From contig OZ241828.1 in the NCBI GenBank assembly GCA_965202585.1, positions 41,168,001-41,232,000 on the forward strand: a DNA stretch of 64,000 nt. Direction: 5' to 3'. The position numbers were made by a program, and so were the translations under genes. Positions 25,101 to 41,059 of the stretch are shown in pieces. The notes under the pieces are model-generated. The model made no database searches. It worked only from the letters and a program-made list of their open reading frames with translations, and was not told the origin of the DNA. Origin of the DNA: Thalia democratica (taxonomy: Eukaryota). Each line of letters starts with the position of its first letter. Within the stretch, counting starts at the first letter, position 1.

Positions 25101-27558
25101 AAACTTATAGCTTTACAAATTAATAATGACTGTTTAAAAAGTTTGTGCGCGCTGTACAGTGTTTAAGCTTTTTACAAACCATTGATACGGAAAATTCACT
25201 GAAATTTTTATGAACATTTAAAATTTAAAATTCACTATTAGTTTGATATGCACAAAGTTTCTTTGCAAAAATATGTCAAAATAACTTGAAAATAAATTTT
25301 ATATTTGCAAATTCAAAAGCTTTAAAGTACTTCTTCTAAGTTTGATCGATACCAATAATTTTTTTAAGTTTATACAACAAAACATTTCACACAAAGCAGC
25401 AGAAGCACAGAATTGTTTATACTTCATGTTCAAGTCGATCAGTACAACTTTATCAGTTTTTTCTAAGTATATGTTATCAAAAAGTAAGTAAACCTTTCTA
25501 AACTTTTATATGTTTTATACGTTAGCTGACAAACTATGTGATAAAAAGCTATAAATACGCTTATTTTTAATCATTTCAATCTAATATTTTAATTTAAAAG
25601 TGTAAATACTACAACAAAATCCTTTACATCAGTTTATGATGTTCGGCGTTAGTGTACAAAATGGTATCATCAGGTTCATCAACGTCATTTAAGCGGTTTT
25701 ATTTGTGTAGACTATCGCCGAATATTTTTTGTTTATTGTACTGTACAGATGCAATTCTTATGTGAATTTGAAAAAAAAATTGATAAATATATCTTTGTTC
25801 AGTCTCTTTGTTACTATTTTGACCTTTATTAAGTTTGAATGATAAATTTGATTGTTAAGTTTTGTATAATGTAAAACAAAGTATTTAGTTATAAATCTTA
25901 AAAAAGCCAACAATTGTTTTTAATTGAGAAAGTACACCATAGTTGTCTTATAGTTTGTTTGAAACATGCTATGGCTCGACAAAGCAGAAGTCTCCGTAAT
26001 ACGATTTTCTGTTGGGTTTTTTTATCAATAAAAATAATCTTTTTATAAATGATTTTAATTAGCCTCTTTAACTCGATTAACCGCATGGTGTACAACTCGA
26101 TAAACCGGAAGGTTTTTCCTGCATCAGATCCGAGGGCCAAATATTTTAAGCGTTTTATTGTCGTGCAATAAACTAATTCTAAAATGGCTCACTCATTTCT
26201 TCTATTATAACAGTTTGTTCAATTAGTTTTATTTAACAAATATTATTTCATTAAACCAAAAAATATATTTAAATCTTAAAAATTTATTCGTGTTTTTCTT
26301 ATCAGATTTATCTGTTTATTTTCGGTTGTAATCTGTACTTAAATGTAATTAAAAACAACTAACTGTTTAAAATAAAAAGTCAGTTATTTAACATCAAAGC
26401 TACTTATGTTTGTACTTTGAACTTTTTAGTACAAGTGTACGTGCAGAAACTTCAGGAAATAAGCGAAGGTGGTGTTACTAAAATTAAAATTAATTTTTGT
26501 GGGTTTTATCTGCGTAGAATTAGAGAGCAGTATACATTGCAAGTAAATTTCTTCGCTAGCACACAATACTTGAAACTTGTTTTAACATTTAGTATGAAGC
26601 TTTGTTTGTTCTTGCTTTTTAATTTGATCGCTTATTTTGCAAATGGTAAACCTGTTCAAGACGAAGAAAACTTCGAAAATGGTTGGTTTTTGTTGAAAAA
26701 CTTTATTGAAATTATGATTACTATTTAAGTTGACAACAAAACATGCTGTTTAAAACATTAATGACTTGGGATCTAAAAATTACAAGTTATGTAAAGAATA
26801 AAACTACATTCACAGTTAAACAGTTTCACATGAAATATATAATGTGAATTTGTATATTAACTTAACAAACACTTTAAGATGCTAGCCTGCTAAGTGAAAT
26901 GGAGCCTTCACCACTAAGTGACATTTCACCACCAAGCGACACTTTAACACTAAGTGACGTTAGTTTTGTCAATGTCAATGAATAATTATCATTGGCTGAT
27001 GAAAGTGGAGAAATTGAAGATAACCAAGAAAATCAAGATGGTTACAAAAATGGTTGGTAATTTTATTTTACGTGATAATGTCATTTTATAAGGAAATTTA
27101 GTAGTTTATAACAGCTATTGTCTGAAAATTTTGTGAACAAATAAAAAGTTTGCATGGAAATTAGAAAAGGCACTGATTTTTGGTACTGATTTATATTAGA
27201 AAGATTATAATATAAATCACTGATTTTAAAAGAAAGTTTATTTATAAGTTTTGTTTTGCACGTCATCAAAATAAAGTTGCTAAAAACTGACAAAATTGAA
27301 GTACAAATTCTTGCATAGAATAAAGATTTTAGAACATCAAGCTAAAATAGACAATTATTAAGAGTCAAATATAAAAGTCTGTGTAAAGGTTTTAAAAAGA
27401 ATTGAGTTAAATTTTACGGATTTAAGGCTTTTTTAAGGTTGAATTAATAGAATGAAAACATTAAGTACTATGAAAATTTTACTTGAATTAAAAAGTAAAG
27501 CTTTACAAAAAGCTGCAAGAATAATAAAAAAATAAAAATTCGCTATTTCCATAGTTAT

Positions 27559-29924
27559 AAATTACAAAATCTGGTTGTTTTAAAAGTTTCGACACTCGAG
27601 TTTTAGCGAAAAATTCTTCTAGAACTGAGAGCAGTGTTTCTCGCTCTAGATAGAACTTTCTACTATCCATGAAGTTTTCAGCACAAACAGTTGAGCAGAT
27701 ATTTATGAATGGACACCTTCTTTACTTGGCAATTAAAGTTTAAATGTTTTTACTATGACATCACCGTTGAAAAGTTGTGACGCACGACCTACGTAGTCAT
27801 TTTTGCAATTTATAAATCTACATTACTTAATTTACGGGTAGAAGTTTCCTTTGTTGTACACAACACGTAGCGGAACGCGTTTAAAGTTGGATAATCTAGC
27901 TAATGAGGTTTGCTTAGCTTAATTGAGTTTTCATCCATATAAGGAAGTAGACTGGGCAAGAATGTGGGCCGAAGGATGGTAAGCGGTTTCATTTTGGACA
28001 TAGTTGCCTTTATTGTCTTCATGATGACTGTTGCGGGGTAACCTAATGAGAATTGTTTTTTGTAAATATTGTCCAATTCTAAATTCAAGCAGTCGGCCGT
28101 GCAAATTTTAATGGCTCTATAAGTTATGCTGTAGTCCTCCATTGCCTGGGGTAGGAACTACCCTTAATTAGGAGAAGTCCCCTTTTATGTGCTAACGCTT
28201 AGCGCGTTTAGCTCTTAAGGCTTTTACTGAATTTACCTTACTCATTAGGTTTAACTTAGTAATTAATAAGTATGTAATAAACTTAATATATATAATCTCT
28301 TTAATGTAGTGAGTTTATTGAAAACGTGATGTTAATGTGAAAATTAGGAAGTAGAAATAATAAAGCAGCCAATTTATCAGTAGAATAAAACTGCGAATAT
28401 AAACACAACAAGAAAACACCAAAACCTTCAACTTAAAATGTCTTAATAATGTTCTTAAAGTGTCTGAATGACACAATCTTAAACACAAAATAGGTCTTAC
28501 TAAAAATACTACTAATAATACAGAGTCTTAATATATGTCGTGCTTCATGCACAACGATGGCTAAACTAAGCACAATATAGTACGATAAAGCAAATAAGTT
28601 TCAAGATCTTATAAAACGAAAATAATAAAATAGTTCTTATAATGAGTTCGTGTGCCTCTCGCACGGTCTTATACAGTTATACAAATAAAGATAAAGTTCT
28701 TATAAAAAGACAATGATAACAAAGTTCTTAAATTCAATCAGTGTCTTAAGTTCTTAAAATTAATGTGCTTTTTGCACGATCTCATGGCTAACTGAGCCAA
28801 AAACAAAAATAACGAACAACATATCGAGCTGCGCGTAGTGCGCAAGCTCGGGCCTAATGAGCATTATAACAAACATTTTTAAAGTTTTATTGTGTAATTT
28901 GATATAAAATTGTCTAACGCCCCCTGGCGGTCATTTAAAATACAACAAAATGCATATTTTGTTACAATGCATTGTATGGTCTTCAGTTTTTTTTATCGTA
29001 GGACAAAATGATTTCATGGATTCGTAATGTGCAGTAAAATTGTCTTTTCTGAACATGGAAGTAAAAAAGGTCTTGTTTCTGTTTCCAATAATTTTTATGT
29101 CTAAAAATTTTTTTTTTTTTTTAAATTTCATCTTGAAAGGTTTAAACTATGCATTTATGCGTCTTATTTAGCGAAATAAAAAAGTTGTAGTCACTACTTT
29201 TAGAAAGAAAAAATAGCAAAACCGTCATTAACCTACCTAAAATACAAAAGTGGCGTGCTGCTATCCATTGTGAGTATTTTGATAACTATCGACAAAAATA
29301 TTAGCAAGAATAAAAAGTCTTCCAATCTCAATGCCATCTATTTGATAAAACTTTAAATCATTAAAACTAAATTATATAATTTTCGTGACCTTATACTTTT
29401 TTTATAGGTTATCAAATTTAAATGAAGAGTTAACAAAAATTGTTAATAGTTATAAGTTAAAACAAAAAAAAAACTATGCAAATAGATTGCCAAACCAATA
29501 CAACTAAATGTTACTTTAATTTAGTTTATTGCAATTTAAATATTTAACTCTTCTTAGTATATGCGTGCAATCTCAAAGGCAATTATACTTACATACTTAT
29601 ACATTATTGGTAAATTTAATAATAATACTCATTAAATGCTTATTGCTATAAAGTTTGTAAGTTTTCCATAACTCTACGAATTTTTATTACTATTTAGTTA
29701 TTTTTGTTGATAAACACTACAAGACTACCATCATATCATTTAAAAACAACTTTTAAAAATAAGTTTGAAACTTTTGAAAAGCTTTATAGAATATCTTTGA
29801 AATTTAATAGGTCGATTTACCTGCTTCAAAAGTATCAATCTTTTTTTTTTTATCAGCACGATAACTCAAAAACAAATAAACATTTAACCACTTTAAAATA
29901 TTTACCTTGTTTGAGCAACTTAAT
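27559..29924 (-). mobile_element. Degenerate Penelope-like retroelement (duplicated inverted copy, with solo LTR)
   Basis: Copy of 8015-10380. Confidence 0.85.
28130..28966. mobile_element. Solo LTR (duplicated copy)
   Basis: Copy of 8586-9422 with the same ATGC TSD (28126-28129, 28967-28970). Confidence 0.85.
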
Positions 29925-32900
29925 CTATATTTAAAAGCGATTTAATATAACAATGAGTGCATTCTGATAGTATGCATTTAAGTTTAGTAGTTTATACAAG
30001 CTATAATCTAACAAAACGTTTTGTTTAATGATTTAAAAAATCAAGTAATTTAAAAACACTATAAAGTTTACAAAAATTAAAATTAAATTGTAAATGAAGT
30101 TAACTTTTAATTTTTTTTTTCAGATATTTATAATATGCCAAGTGGAATGCCAAAAAATACTGAACAGAAAATTTTAGAATTCGTAGAAAAAATTTATAAC
30201 AAAATGTAGGGATAAATGTTTAAGACATGTTGAAATGTTCCTAATTTATTAAAAGTAACAGAACAATTTTTATAAACTATTAACAGTTAGGTTTTTTTTT
30301 CCGAAAATTCTTTAACTATTACACTCCGAATTTATGTGTGTGAGTAAACATTTTTCTGAAATTATTAATTTTGCTTAAGTTTTAAATAGTTTTATCATAG
30401 TATTTTTATTTATTTAAATGACTTTAAAGTTACTTCATGATAAATTTAAAATCTTTGACGTGTTTGTTGGTTATATATATTCAGATTAACAACTCTTATA
30501 AAACACGTTTTTGTTTTACTTTTCAAAAATACTTTTGTAAAATACTGTTTAAAGTATGATGCATTGTTAATAAAAAATATTTTATCTTTTTTTTATGTCA
30601 GTAGTATAATGCAGTTATATAATCGTTTTTATTTTGCCTGTTTAAACAAACAAAAAGTTTTACTCAATAAAATCTACATTATCAACAATCTTCTTTTTTA
30701 AGTACAAATTAGTCTCTATACAACCTAAACACTAAAAATTTGATTGAATTAGTTGTTGCAGTAGTCATTACAGAGAACTATTTATTATACATATAAACAT
30801 TTAAACTTGAGACAATTTATTAAAATTACAACCACAAAGTTTAGAGAATAAATGCAAGATGACTGAAACCAACGACGAGTCTTTAAGCTTAAGCTTGAAT
30901 TTTAAGTTAAGGCATTTAAAACAATGTTTCTACTTTAATTTATTGTTACTTTAAACAACTTATTGCTCAATTTTATAAAATTAAAGATAGTTTGAAGTGT
31001 TTTTAAGTTAAGTAAACTACACAAGGTTTGTACTGATTAAAAAAAAAAATTGCAAAAATCAGCTTTCAATGATTTTTAATATACATTGCATAAATTTTTG
31101 AAGCACTTTAAATAAAAGGGTTATCTTTTATTTAAATAGAAGAGAAAATTAAACTTAAATGTTTTTAGAAAAAATCAGTAATAACTTAGTAAGAAAAATA
31201 AAACAAAATACAGCTTTATGTTTATTATAAGCTTTAAAGAAAATTTTTAAAATTTCATTTAACATACATTAGACTACTTTTTTAATAAGTAAAAACATTA
31301 CGATTGCAATTATATTTAGACTAAGTAAAAAATACCTACAAAAAATTCTTTTTTTGTTGCACTTACACATGTTTCTGTGTTTTAACGGACTAAACACTTT
31401 AACGGTGCTCTTTAAAAAACAGACATTGTTAGAAAAGAAATGCAGCTAAAGTAGGTGTATTCATAACTTTTTTTTTTCCTTACAGTACTATTTTTTACAG
31501 AGATCCGTTGAAGTATGTTAATTTGTTAACACACCGAAACGTGTGTTAGTGTAATAAAATAAGGATACTGTATAACTCTTAATTATAATATATTCCAGTG
31601 ATTTTGTTTCGCTAGGATCTTTTGTTAACTTACGACCAAATTTATATTTTGAATAGTTACAAAAAAAATCTAGTTTTTTTAAAGTTTTGTTTTTAAAGGT
31701 TGATTGTGTCAAAAAAAGCTTTCTTTTTTTAAATTGATTATTTTATAATTATGTGATTATCAAAAGCCCACAGATTTTACTTGTAATAAATAAAAAAAAG
31801 CATGGTCTTAAATACTTAAAATTCAAACAAGTAATTTAATGGCTGGAACTACTACAAAAGTAGAGAAAAATAAAACTAGATTATGTCAATTATTACATAC
31901 TAAACCTATACTTTTTATGGAATTAGTTTATTGAGCGACAATAAAACGCTCAAAATACTTGTTCCCCGGGCGTGATGCACAAAAAACCTTTCGGTTAATC
32001 TAGTTGTAGACCATGCGGATACATTTTAACGTCTTGTTCAAAAAAATTAAACATATAAACCAAATTCTTTATCATTATAACTAACTAGATTTTTAAAATC
32101 AGTTTATAAACTATTTTGAAGAAGTTTTTTAAACTTCTGAAAAACTTTTTTATGTTTTTATTCTTTTAGCGGTGCAATAGTTTTTGCTTTTTCTTTAGGT
32201 TATGAAACGCGCCTATAAAATATTCTCCATGATAAAGCAGTTTTTAGTAAATGTCAATTTTATAAACGTAAAAGTTTAAAGAAATAAATATTTTTCGATG
32301 TGGGTATTCTGTGACTATTATATAACCCTTACGTTGTCAAAAAACAAAGTATTTTTATAACTTTATTTTGAAGATTCAAAGTAAACACTTTCATATCATA
32401 ACAGTTATAAAAAGGAGATTTTTAATTTGCTCTTTAACTTTTTCTTTTTTTTGTTCTACAAAAAATCAACCTACAAGAACTATTTTTATTTTTAATAGTT
32501 TTCGCGCAAAAAATTGTTTAAATTTTGAGTGTTTTTTTTTCACAACAGCCTACATTTTAATAAAAATATCCTAAGTAAGAAATTTTAATTTAAGAAATAT
32601 ATTAAAAAACTCAGTCACTAATCACTTGTTTACTTAATAATGGCGTACTTATATATCAAGCAAAGTTTGAACGTTAATCAAAACAAAAAGATTTACTATC
32701 TAAAAATGTTTAAAAATGTATCTAAAACTATTATATAAAGTGTTTAAAAACTAAACTATAAAACAAGTTTGCTTAGGTTTTTGAATTAACAAGCATTCGA
32801 TTTAAATAACAAACGTTATAAGAAGTTCTTAACTACATTACAAATTTTAACTAATTTTAAACCAAAAATCATAATACTATTTTTTAAATTTGTCATTAAT

Positions 32901-35900
32901 AAATGTATCAAAAAATTTTTGTCTTCTGTGTTGTTAAAAGTTATTTTATTAAAAAGTATTGTTATAGATAACAATGTTTTATAACTTTTATTTATTTTAA
33001 GTAAGAAATATATTATAACATGATTTTATTGCTTAAGTCTGTTAGTTATTAGCTAGCTTATTTAATTAGCAGAAAAATTTCATCTAGATTATTGTTATAA
33101 ACAATAAAAAATATCAACTACTAAGATTTCTTCAAGTGCAGGTTCGATTTTCATTATATTTTTATAATTTTTTTTAACAAATTGAAAAAAATAGTAACTA
33201 AAGTGTTATGTCAATCTTTCAATACCATAACAACCACAAAAAGAAGACATGTGGAATAATGAAATAACAATAAAAAATAAAAAAGTATATTAACTTTCAT
33301 TTAGTCTTCCTAAGATTTGCAGTACATTTATAAGTTGAAAAAGGTGTAAGTGGAAGATTAATTTACCTTTGATTTAAAATGCTCCATTATCGAAATAAAT
33401 AATAATGGAGTAAATTTTTGATCGCCTTAAAAACAATAGATTTATCTTACAGTTAAAGCTTGAGTGTAAACTTTTTTATATTGTTTTAATAATACTTTCT
33501 AACGTTTCAATAATTTTTTTAGTCTTATGTATAAAACAAGGGGTAGGAAGATAAACCACGGACAAATTTATTAAAAAAAAATCTTGTGGGCGGCACTGTA
33601 ATACGAAATGTAGTTTAAGAGCCTAAAAATAATCATTTGTAACAAAATTTATATTACTAATTAATAAAATAATCAGCAAAAAGCCACATTTCAGATCGTA
33701 GACTTTAGCTTTGTCGAGCCGTAGCATGTAACAAGCTATAAGAAAACTGTGGTGTATTTTCTTAAATAAAAACAATTATTGAAGTTTTCTTTTGAAGTTT
33801 AACATTTAGAGCTAAATTATTTTTTCTTCACATTATACAAAATAACTGTAAGTAGATTTGTTTAATGTAGATCTGTTTAATGTAGATTTGTTTTTATTTT
33901 TGATTAAAAGGTAATTAAATAAAAAAAACTAAAGATAGGGCAGGTAGAACAATAAGTGATTAGCTCAAAAGTCACTTGTTTAATCTTCAGATAACGTTTA
34001 TCGTTGCAGAGGGGAGAGTGAGTTCTGATGTTTTCTACCTTTAAAAAAATAGATAAAGCTTGTTGTATTTGTTAGTTTCCATATATTGACGGGTGCATTC
34101 TTTTGCAATGTTCGCGCATGTTGGTTTAAATCATGAATATTTGTTAATGACTATAACTAATATTTACAAACATTTATGCTAAACAGTGTGGGAACTTGTT
34201 CTGTAAAATCTCTCCTAGTAACACGTTACTATTGCTTTTTATACATAAAAAACTTTAATAACTTAGTCTAGAATTTACAGCATGTTGCAGACCGAACTGT
34301 TTAAGATAAAAAGTTTATGTGAGACTCATTTTATTAGTTATAAGTCTTTACTTTTAGAAAAAGTAGTTCAACAGTAAACTAAAATTTGGTCGAAAATAAT
34401 ATTACCGGTTTTATGGAATTTTTAAATAATATCATCTCTAGCTACAAACATTTTCATACGAATATTGTATTTTGCTCGATTTTAGTTATTTTTACTCAGT
34501 GTGTATTTTTTATAATCTTAGTTATGTAGCCTTGAAATATAATCTACGTTTTCAATTACAAAAGGAAATAAGTATGCATTATAGCTAAAGTTATTTTGGT
34601 TCTTTAGTAAAAACGTAGTTAGTTCTAAAAGTAGTAAAAACAATATTATATAAACAAGTAATATTATTAGTACAGAGTTTATAAGAGGCCCCTTAAGAAA
34701 AAAAAACAGAAGCTTAAAATGCTATGGTTCCCTGCAACAAGAGTACTTAACAAACTACCTGTATTAAAACCTTGGACCATTTTATCGCTTTTCACCAACT
34801 TAAGAATATTTAGTGTATTTATCAGGCTCTTTTGTCAATTTATAAGTATTTAAGCTTGATAAAAATTTTCCCTTTTTGTCTCATCACTGTTTTTTTAAAC
34901 TTCAAAAACTTAAGCTAGGTTTTGTATGCTGACGTGGATTATTTTGCCTCTAAGAGTGGCAACTCCATATAAATTTATTTAATAGTAAGTATTTATCAAC
35001 CTACTGTAATCTTTTATTTAAGATTCTGTAACAGAAAACATGCACCTATTCAATACGATTGCAAACCATTATAGTAGGTAGATTTAAAACAACTTTATAT
35101 GAAAATTTAATAATATGCTCACTAATGGTTACGTTCTGTATATGTTCAACAGAATCAGGTAGCCATCAGAAACATCGACACCTTAGACGACAACACCCAC
35201 CTTATGTCATCCAATGCTTATTTAACTAAGCATTTATTGAAATTTTGCATGGTTATGGTAAAAACAATATATAGTTATATTTTAAAGGCGCAAAAGTAGT
35301 TATAGACATGAATTATGTTAGCAATTTTATAACAAAGTTAAAAAAGGCTAAGTAAACCTTATTTATAACTGTTCTTAAACATTTTAATATTATGCATAGG
35401 GCTTCCACAAAGCCAGGTAAGTCAAGAAAAAATAAAAGATTGCGAAAAAAAAACCCGGAATTTTGATATAAACATGTTCTTAATAAGTAAGTTTATCATC
35501 TCTTAATACTACATTTTGCTGATTTTATCTTCTAAAAATTTAGCAATTTATTTCAGAGTCTAACTCAGTTTTTGGAGTAAATTAAAAACATCAAGTCATG
35601 GTTATGTATTTTGAATAAGTTTTGTTAAGAATTTAATTTAAGGATGTCCGGAAACTTTTTCAGTTCCATCCGTGGAAATCCTGTATGCAACAAATTTACA
35701 TAAAAATGATGCATAATAAACATGGGTCTACAAACTATGGTATTCAAAAAGCAAAAATTAGGGTTTGCGAAACTTTTATACTAATAATAATTTAATACAG
35801 AGTTAAACCTTAAAAGCTTCATACATAAAATATATCATTATAGATTATAATCATACTAAGTGATAAAATTTACGATACAAAACAATATCAAACATAAATT

Positions 35901-36669
35901 GCGATTTGATTAACTGAAATTATTAAGATGTTGTTCTGTAAAACATTTATTTAAAACAAAAAAAAACAAAACGTGTTTGGTACTGAAAACAGTTTATGAA
36001 AAATAACTTTATAAACGAATAGAATTTTTTTTTAATTTCTAAAAATAACAAAAATAAATTAAGATTATTTATAAGCTAACAAAGTCACATTTAGGAAAAA
36101 TCTATATATTGTAGTTTTTGTTTAGCTAAAAAACGACGGATGTTCTAACAGTTTGTCGAAAAAATATTAAATTAAAGTTTTGTTTTACTTATTCGCAAAC
36201 AGTTAAAAGCTAAATTAAAAAAAAAATCAACAGTATATATCGAGTTAACCGACCAAGTTTTGTGAAAATTTCACGATGGTTAATGTTTCGAGTAACCTTT
36301 TGATTTTACTTAATAACGTTTTTGTTTCTTGATTTCGTAATCCAGAATTTCATTTGTTATGACATTAAAAGGTATCCGTGGTGTGCGATTCGATAACCGA
36401 AAGGTTCTTTGTGCACCGGGTGTTAGGAGCAAATATTTTGAATGTGCTTTTGTTGTCGTTCAATAACCTATAATAAAGTATTAAAGTTTATTTAAACATA
36501 TTAAAAACCACTAATTTTGACTTTGAAATTCACCACAAAAGTTTTTTCCACTGAAGCTAAGATAGAACTGATGAAATATTAAATTGCTTACAGCTGTTTA
36601 AACAGTTAAATTAACTAACGCAAACAAAATACTAATCCTATATCTTTAATGAAAAAAATTTTAATGACA

Positions 36670-37044
36670 CATCGTTGGGCAAACATTCATAAGGTATCTA
36701 ACAAAAAATTAACTTTGTGTTTATGCAATATTATTTTGAAAACAATAAGAGTTTATTATTAAAATCCACTTTAAAATTAATGACTCTTTTGTTCCTGTTT
36801 ATTGCACAAGACTTTTTCAAAACGTGGCACTTTGCTGCTGATAGCAATTCGCATGTCCGCCTGTGCATTCCAGCGATTTCTAGATTTTGTTTTGATTGAC
36901 AAAATACTACTAAATCCAGATTCGCACAAGTAAGTCGTCGCGAATGGGATGAGCATACTTTGTGCTTTTTCACAAAGCCTTGGAACATAACCATTGTACA
37001 GGACCAACATTGTTCCAGAGTTTTTCTTTCAAACTGCGTTAAAG
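36670..37044 (-). mobile_element. hAT transposase remnant (duplicated copy)
   Basis: Copy of 17126-17500; ORF 36777..37010. Confidence 0.85.
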
Positions 37045-37734
37045 AAAATTAAAAACTTGACATAATTAAGGATTAGGTACTAAGTAAAATATTGTATTCC
37101 AAAAAGTATAAAAAAGTTAATTACTGAGACATTTATTTTGTATAACATTTATTTAACAAAAAAATGCTTTGGTCTATGACCTTGTCAACTTGTCATTTAA
37201 GATCTGAAAAAATAATGAGAAGTGAGGAAAAGGCACAAAAAGAGTAAATAAAAATTAGGCTTAAACTTAAAACAAAAACATTTTATACATTTAAAAATTT
37301 TATTATAACAATTGAGTTAGGTACTAAAATATATAGAACAAACTGTGCTAGGTAAAGCTATTTTCAATTAAAAACTATAAATAATAAATAGTGAGCTTTA
37401 CCACACGACCAACAGCATCTGAGACAACATTTGTCCTTTTTAGGACTCATTAGGCTGGCATAGTCGCGAGAAACCGCTATTGAGATCTTACCAAGCTGGC
37501 TTAAGTAAAATATACTGAAGCGACCGTTTTTGGGTAAAGTTGAAAAATTTGACGCAGCTAAATCATTCACAGCCCAACTTCTCAGACATTGTCTGCTTAT
37601 TATGAAATTATAGTCTGTGCTCGTTTGATCAGTTTAAACTAATATTTATTTAGGCCATCACTAACAAAGTCGAGATGTTTGCGCGATCAATAATAAATAA
37701 TGAACTCTACAACACGACCAACAGCATCCGAGAC

Positions 37735-37779
37735 AACCTACGACCGGTTTCGGCCTTATTAGGACTCATTAGGCAGACA
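37735..37779 (-). ncRNA. Minimal hammerhead motif (duplicated copy; truncated partner at ~37425-37460)
   Basis: Copy of 18191-18235 at +19,544. Confidence 0.7.
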
Positions 37780-40649
37780 TAGTCGCGAGAAACCGTGATT
37801 ACCTGAGAAACAATTAAAAACTATTAACTAACGACAGTAAAATACTTATTAAAAAACTAAAAGATATAATAAAGAAAGTTTTTAAAAGATATAATAAGTA
37901 TAACAAGCTTTAGATTTAGGTGATGGTAGTAATAGTTGTAAACCAACAGTTAAAATCAAAATAACAACTAAATTAGTATTGAGTTTGATTGCTTCGTTAA
38001 AACTATGAAACTTGATAATGAGTAATAATCAAAACTTTAATTTTCTTAATGATTTTAATTACTTGGTAGCTTTAAAAATCGATAGTTATGCTTTGCTTGG
38101 TAAAAGAAATCTAGTCTTACAGTCGCCCAAGTTAAAGAAACAAATTTAATCTCTTTATTTATCAAACAAAAATGAAAAGCCATCTCGCACCCCTGGTTAG
38201 AAAACCCTGATCTAGGTCATCCGAGTCTAAGATTTCAAGGGTCAGCGTATTCGATTAGCGGGATTGAACAAGTTCTCCAAGTAAACATCTTCAAAAGTAC
38301 TTTATAGTTTATAAAAGTAGTTTGAAACAACCTAGTTTAAGGTATACTTTAACGAAAACTTTTAAGTATATTTTTAACGGGATTAAAAATTAAATAAAAA
38401 TGGTTTAATTGCAATTCATCTTTTAAACGATGATTTTACTTTTTTCTAAAGTTTACTAGCATTTAAACAGGCGGCCGAACCCTGCGTTAAATCGAGACTC
38501 GAGTTTTGTTTTAATTAAAACTTGTCTTCTGGTTGCAAAAGAGGGAGCTCGCAGTCGAGGATCAACAAAAAGTGTCTCCGTTCAAAAGTGACAATAAAAA
38601 GTGTCATAAAGCTATAGTTTGCAATTAAGATCGATAGTACCGATATTTGGGGTGTACGACTATTCAAATTCTGACAATTTAAATTCCGACAACTCAAATT
38701 CGGATAACTCAAACTCGACAATTCAAATTCCAACAACTCAAGTTCGACAATTCAAATTCCGACAAGTCAAAGTCGGATAATTTAAACTACCACAATTGAA
38801 CTTTTTAAATAAGACGACTAAATTGTACACATATGTTATAATAAATTATATAATGCAAATTAAAAATTTTATCATATGTTTCTTTTTTGATTTGAGATAT
38901 TAAAGTTTTTATAAAATTATTTTTTTAGTTTTCGAAAGATATATAAGCTTTGCTAAAAAATAAATAAATTACTAGATGTAAAATTATTTAATAGAAATAA
39001 ACGACTATAAAGATAATGTTTAAAAGTTTTTGAATAATTTTAAACATAAAAATTAAGTAACCTTAAACATTATGTATAATTTTTTTTATAAATGTAAAAA
39101 TTATCACTATTGTTATTGTTTATTGAAAGATAAAAAAACGGTCAACAAGTTTAGACTAAATACCTGGAGTAAAAAGGAACTTTTCGGTTATCGAGTCGTA
39201 CAACACATGCTTATAAGTTTCTTAGGGGCTATTAAACTAATTTTTATCATTTAAATATCTAAATCTTCAGTAATAAAACAATAAATTAAACGAAACGAAA
39301 TAAAAGCAATGTAAACAAAAATTAATTGAATTTTGTGATTAAAATGTACTTAAATACTTGTTCAGTTACATAAGAACTATCAAATTTATATAACTTTAAA
39401 TTAATTTAAAAAATAAGACCAACAATACTTATAGGAAACATGTGAATACTTGAATGATAGATTACAACCTCTATAAAAAAAGTCAAAATGTGTAACGCTG
39501 AATAATTTTAACGTTTACTTTTATCTGTAACTTTTTTTTAAAGTTTAATTTTTATTTTATTTAATAATTTTACCTGAAAAGTAAAAACAACTTTACATTT
39601 GAAAAGATAAATAAACAATTGTATATATTTATAACAATTTTAAAGAAATTAATTCTACCATAACTGAATTTAACTTTTATAAACGAAAATATAAAGATAA
39701 ATATTGTAAAATTTTAGCTTTTAATAAACAAATATTCGTTGGATAATAAATATTTCACCCTTGACCGAATTAAAACTAATTTTATAAAAACAAAAACTCG
39801 ATTACTAAAAATTTACTCGAAAGTAATATTTTAAGCTAAAACATACGACTTTTTATTAAGTTTTCGGAATCATCTATTTGTGGCATCCTTGTGCTGAACA
39901 ATATATTAACAATTTTTTAGAAAGTCATCTTATTTCATTATCTTCTCTCAAGTTTTTTTTAAAAGTAACGAACTCGTTTGAATTTGGCTTTTTTAGTTGA
40001 CTTACTGTTTGTTAGTCTTTGTTTTTTTTTTGGTTTTTTGGGTTTGTTTTCGTCGCTTCGGCTGTTAAGCCGAAGTGTTTCATGTCGAACTATTTTGTTA
40101 GTACAATTCGTTGTAGTTTATTGCGAATTTATTCTTTGTAAAGTCTAAACTTATTGACTCGATTTCTTTACACAAGTAGTTTAAGCTTTCAAACAAACTT
40201 AAAAACCTACTTTAATAAATTATAGTTTAAGTAATCTAACTGCTTTGAAAAACTATTTCAATAAACAGCATTTTAGGTTCCATCAAAAATTATAATCTGT
40301 TAGATTAAAAGTATTATTCCAATTTTTTTCATATACCTACTTAATTATTTAACGCGATTAATCTAAAAAGTAGGATAGAACTACCTAAGGAAATAATTTT
40401 TATACGGCATTATAGTTAGTAACCGCCAGGACGGCGTATATATAACCAATCATATCTCTTAAATTGGTATAATATGAGTGATGGTATTACCTCTGATCTT
40501 GAACTAAACAAAATATTACGATAAAAATGGTGTTTTTATTACTATATATAAATAAAAATTAAATTTTTAAATTAAATTTTTCAAAGTTAAACTCTTACAG
40601 TTTTTTTTATTGTAAAATTATGATACAAAGTTTATTAAAAATTTTGTAA

Positions 40650-40724
40650 TATTGACCTTTGCGGGCCGGTCATTTTCATCTGAGGGCCGGATCCTGTCCG
40701 CTCGCCGTATGTTGCCAAACCCTA
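40650..40724. mobile_element. Terminal fragment of a Buster-type hAT MITE
   Basis: gcgggccgg..gagggccggatcctgtccgctcgccgtatgttgccaaacccta is followed by ctcTAtaa. Confidence 0.55.
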
Positions 40725-41059
40725 CTCTATAAGAATACGATATTAAAAGCCAACACAACATCTTAAAGACTTCAAAATAAAACTTAACAAATGCAAAAAC
40801 ACATCGCTAAAAAACGACAAGTATAGAAATATAAAATTAAAAATTACAATAAAAAAAATTCTTATTGTTAAACTTTTTATAAAATTAATTTTACTTTGAT
40901 TTTCTTTTGTATTTATTTTAAAATTAAGTTTTATTGTTGAGATAATAATATATAAAACAATTAATGCTGTCAAAGCTTTCATAGCAAAAACCGAAAAGAG
41001 GTTACTTGCTACAAAAATAAACAATTCCTGAAACTTTATTTTATGTTGTTGGTTTAATT

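Larger units (their letters stand above)
20785..31019. repeat. Duplicated inverted repeat (left arm 20785-23518, truncated by the duplication breakpoint; right arm 26182-31019)
   Basis: Copy of 1241-11475 at +19,544. Confidence 0.93.
20785..40320. repeat. Tandem segmental duplication, copy 2
   Basis: Same as copy 1. The copies are separated by the 8-nt junction ttttatta (20777-20784). Confidence 0.97.
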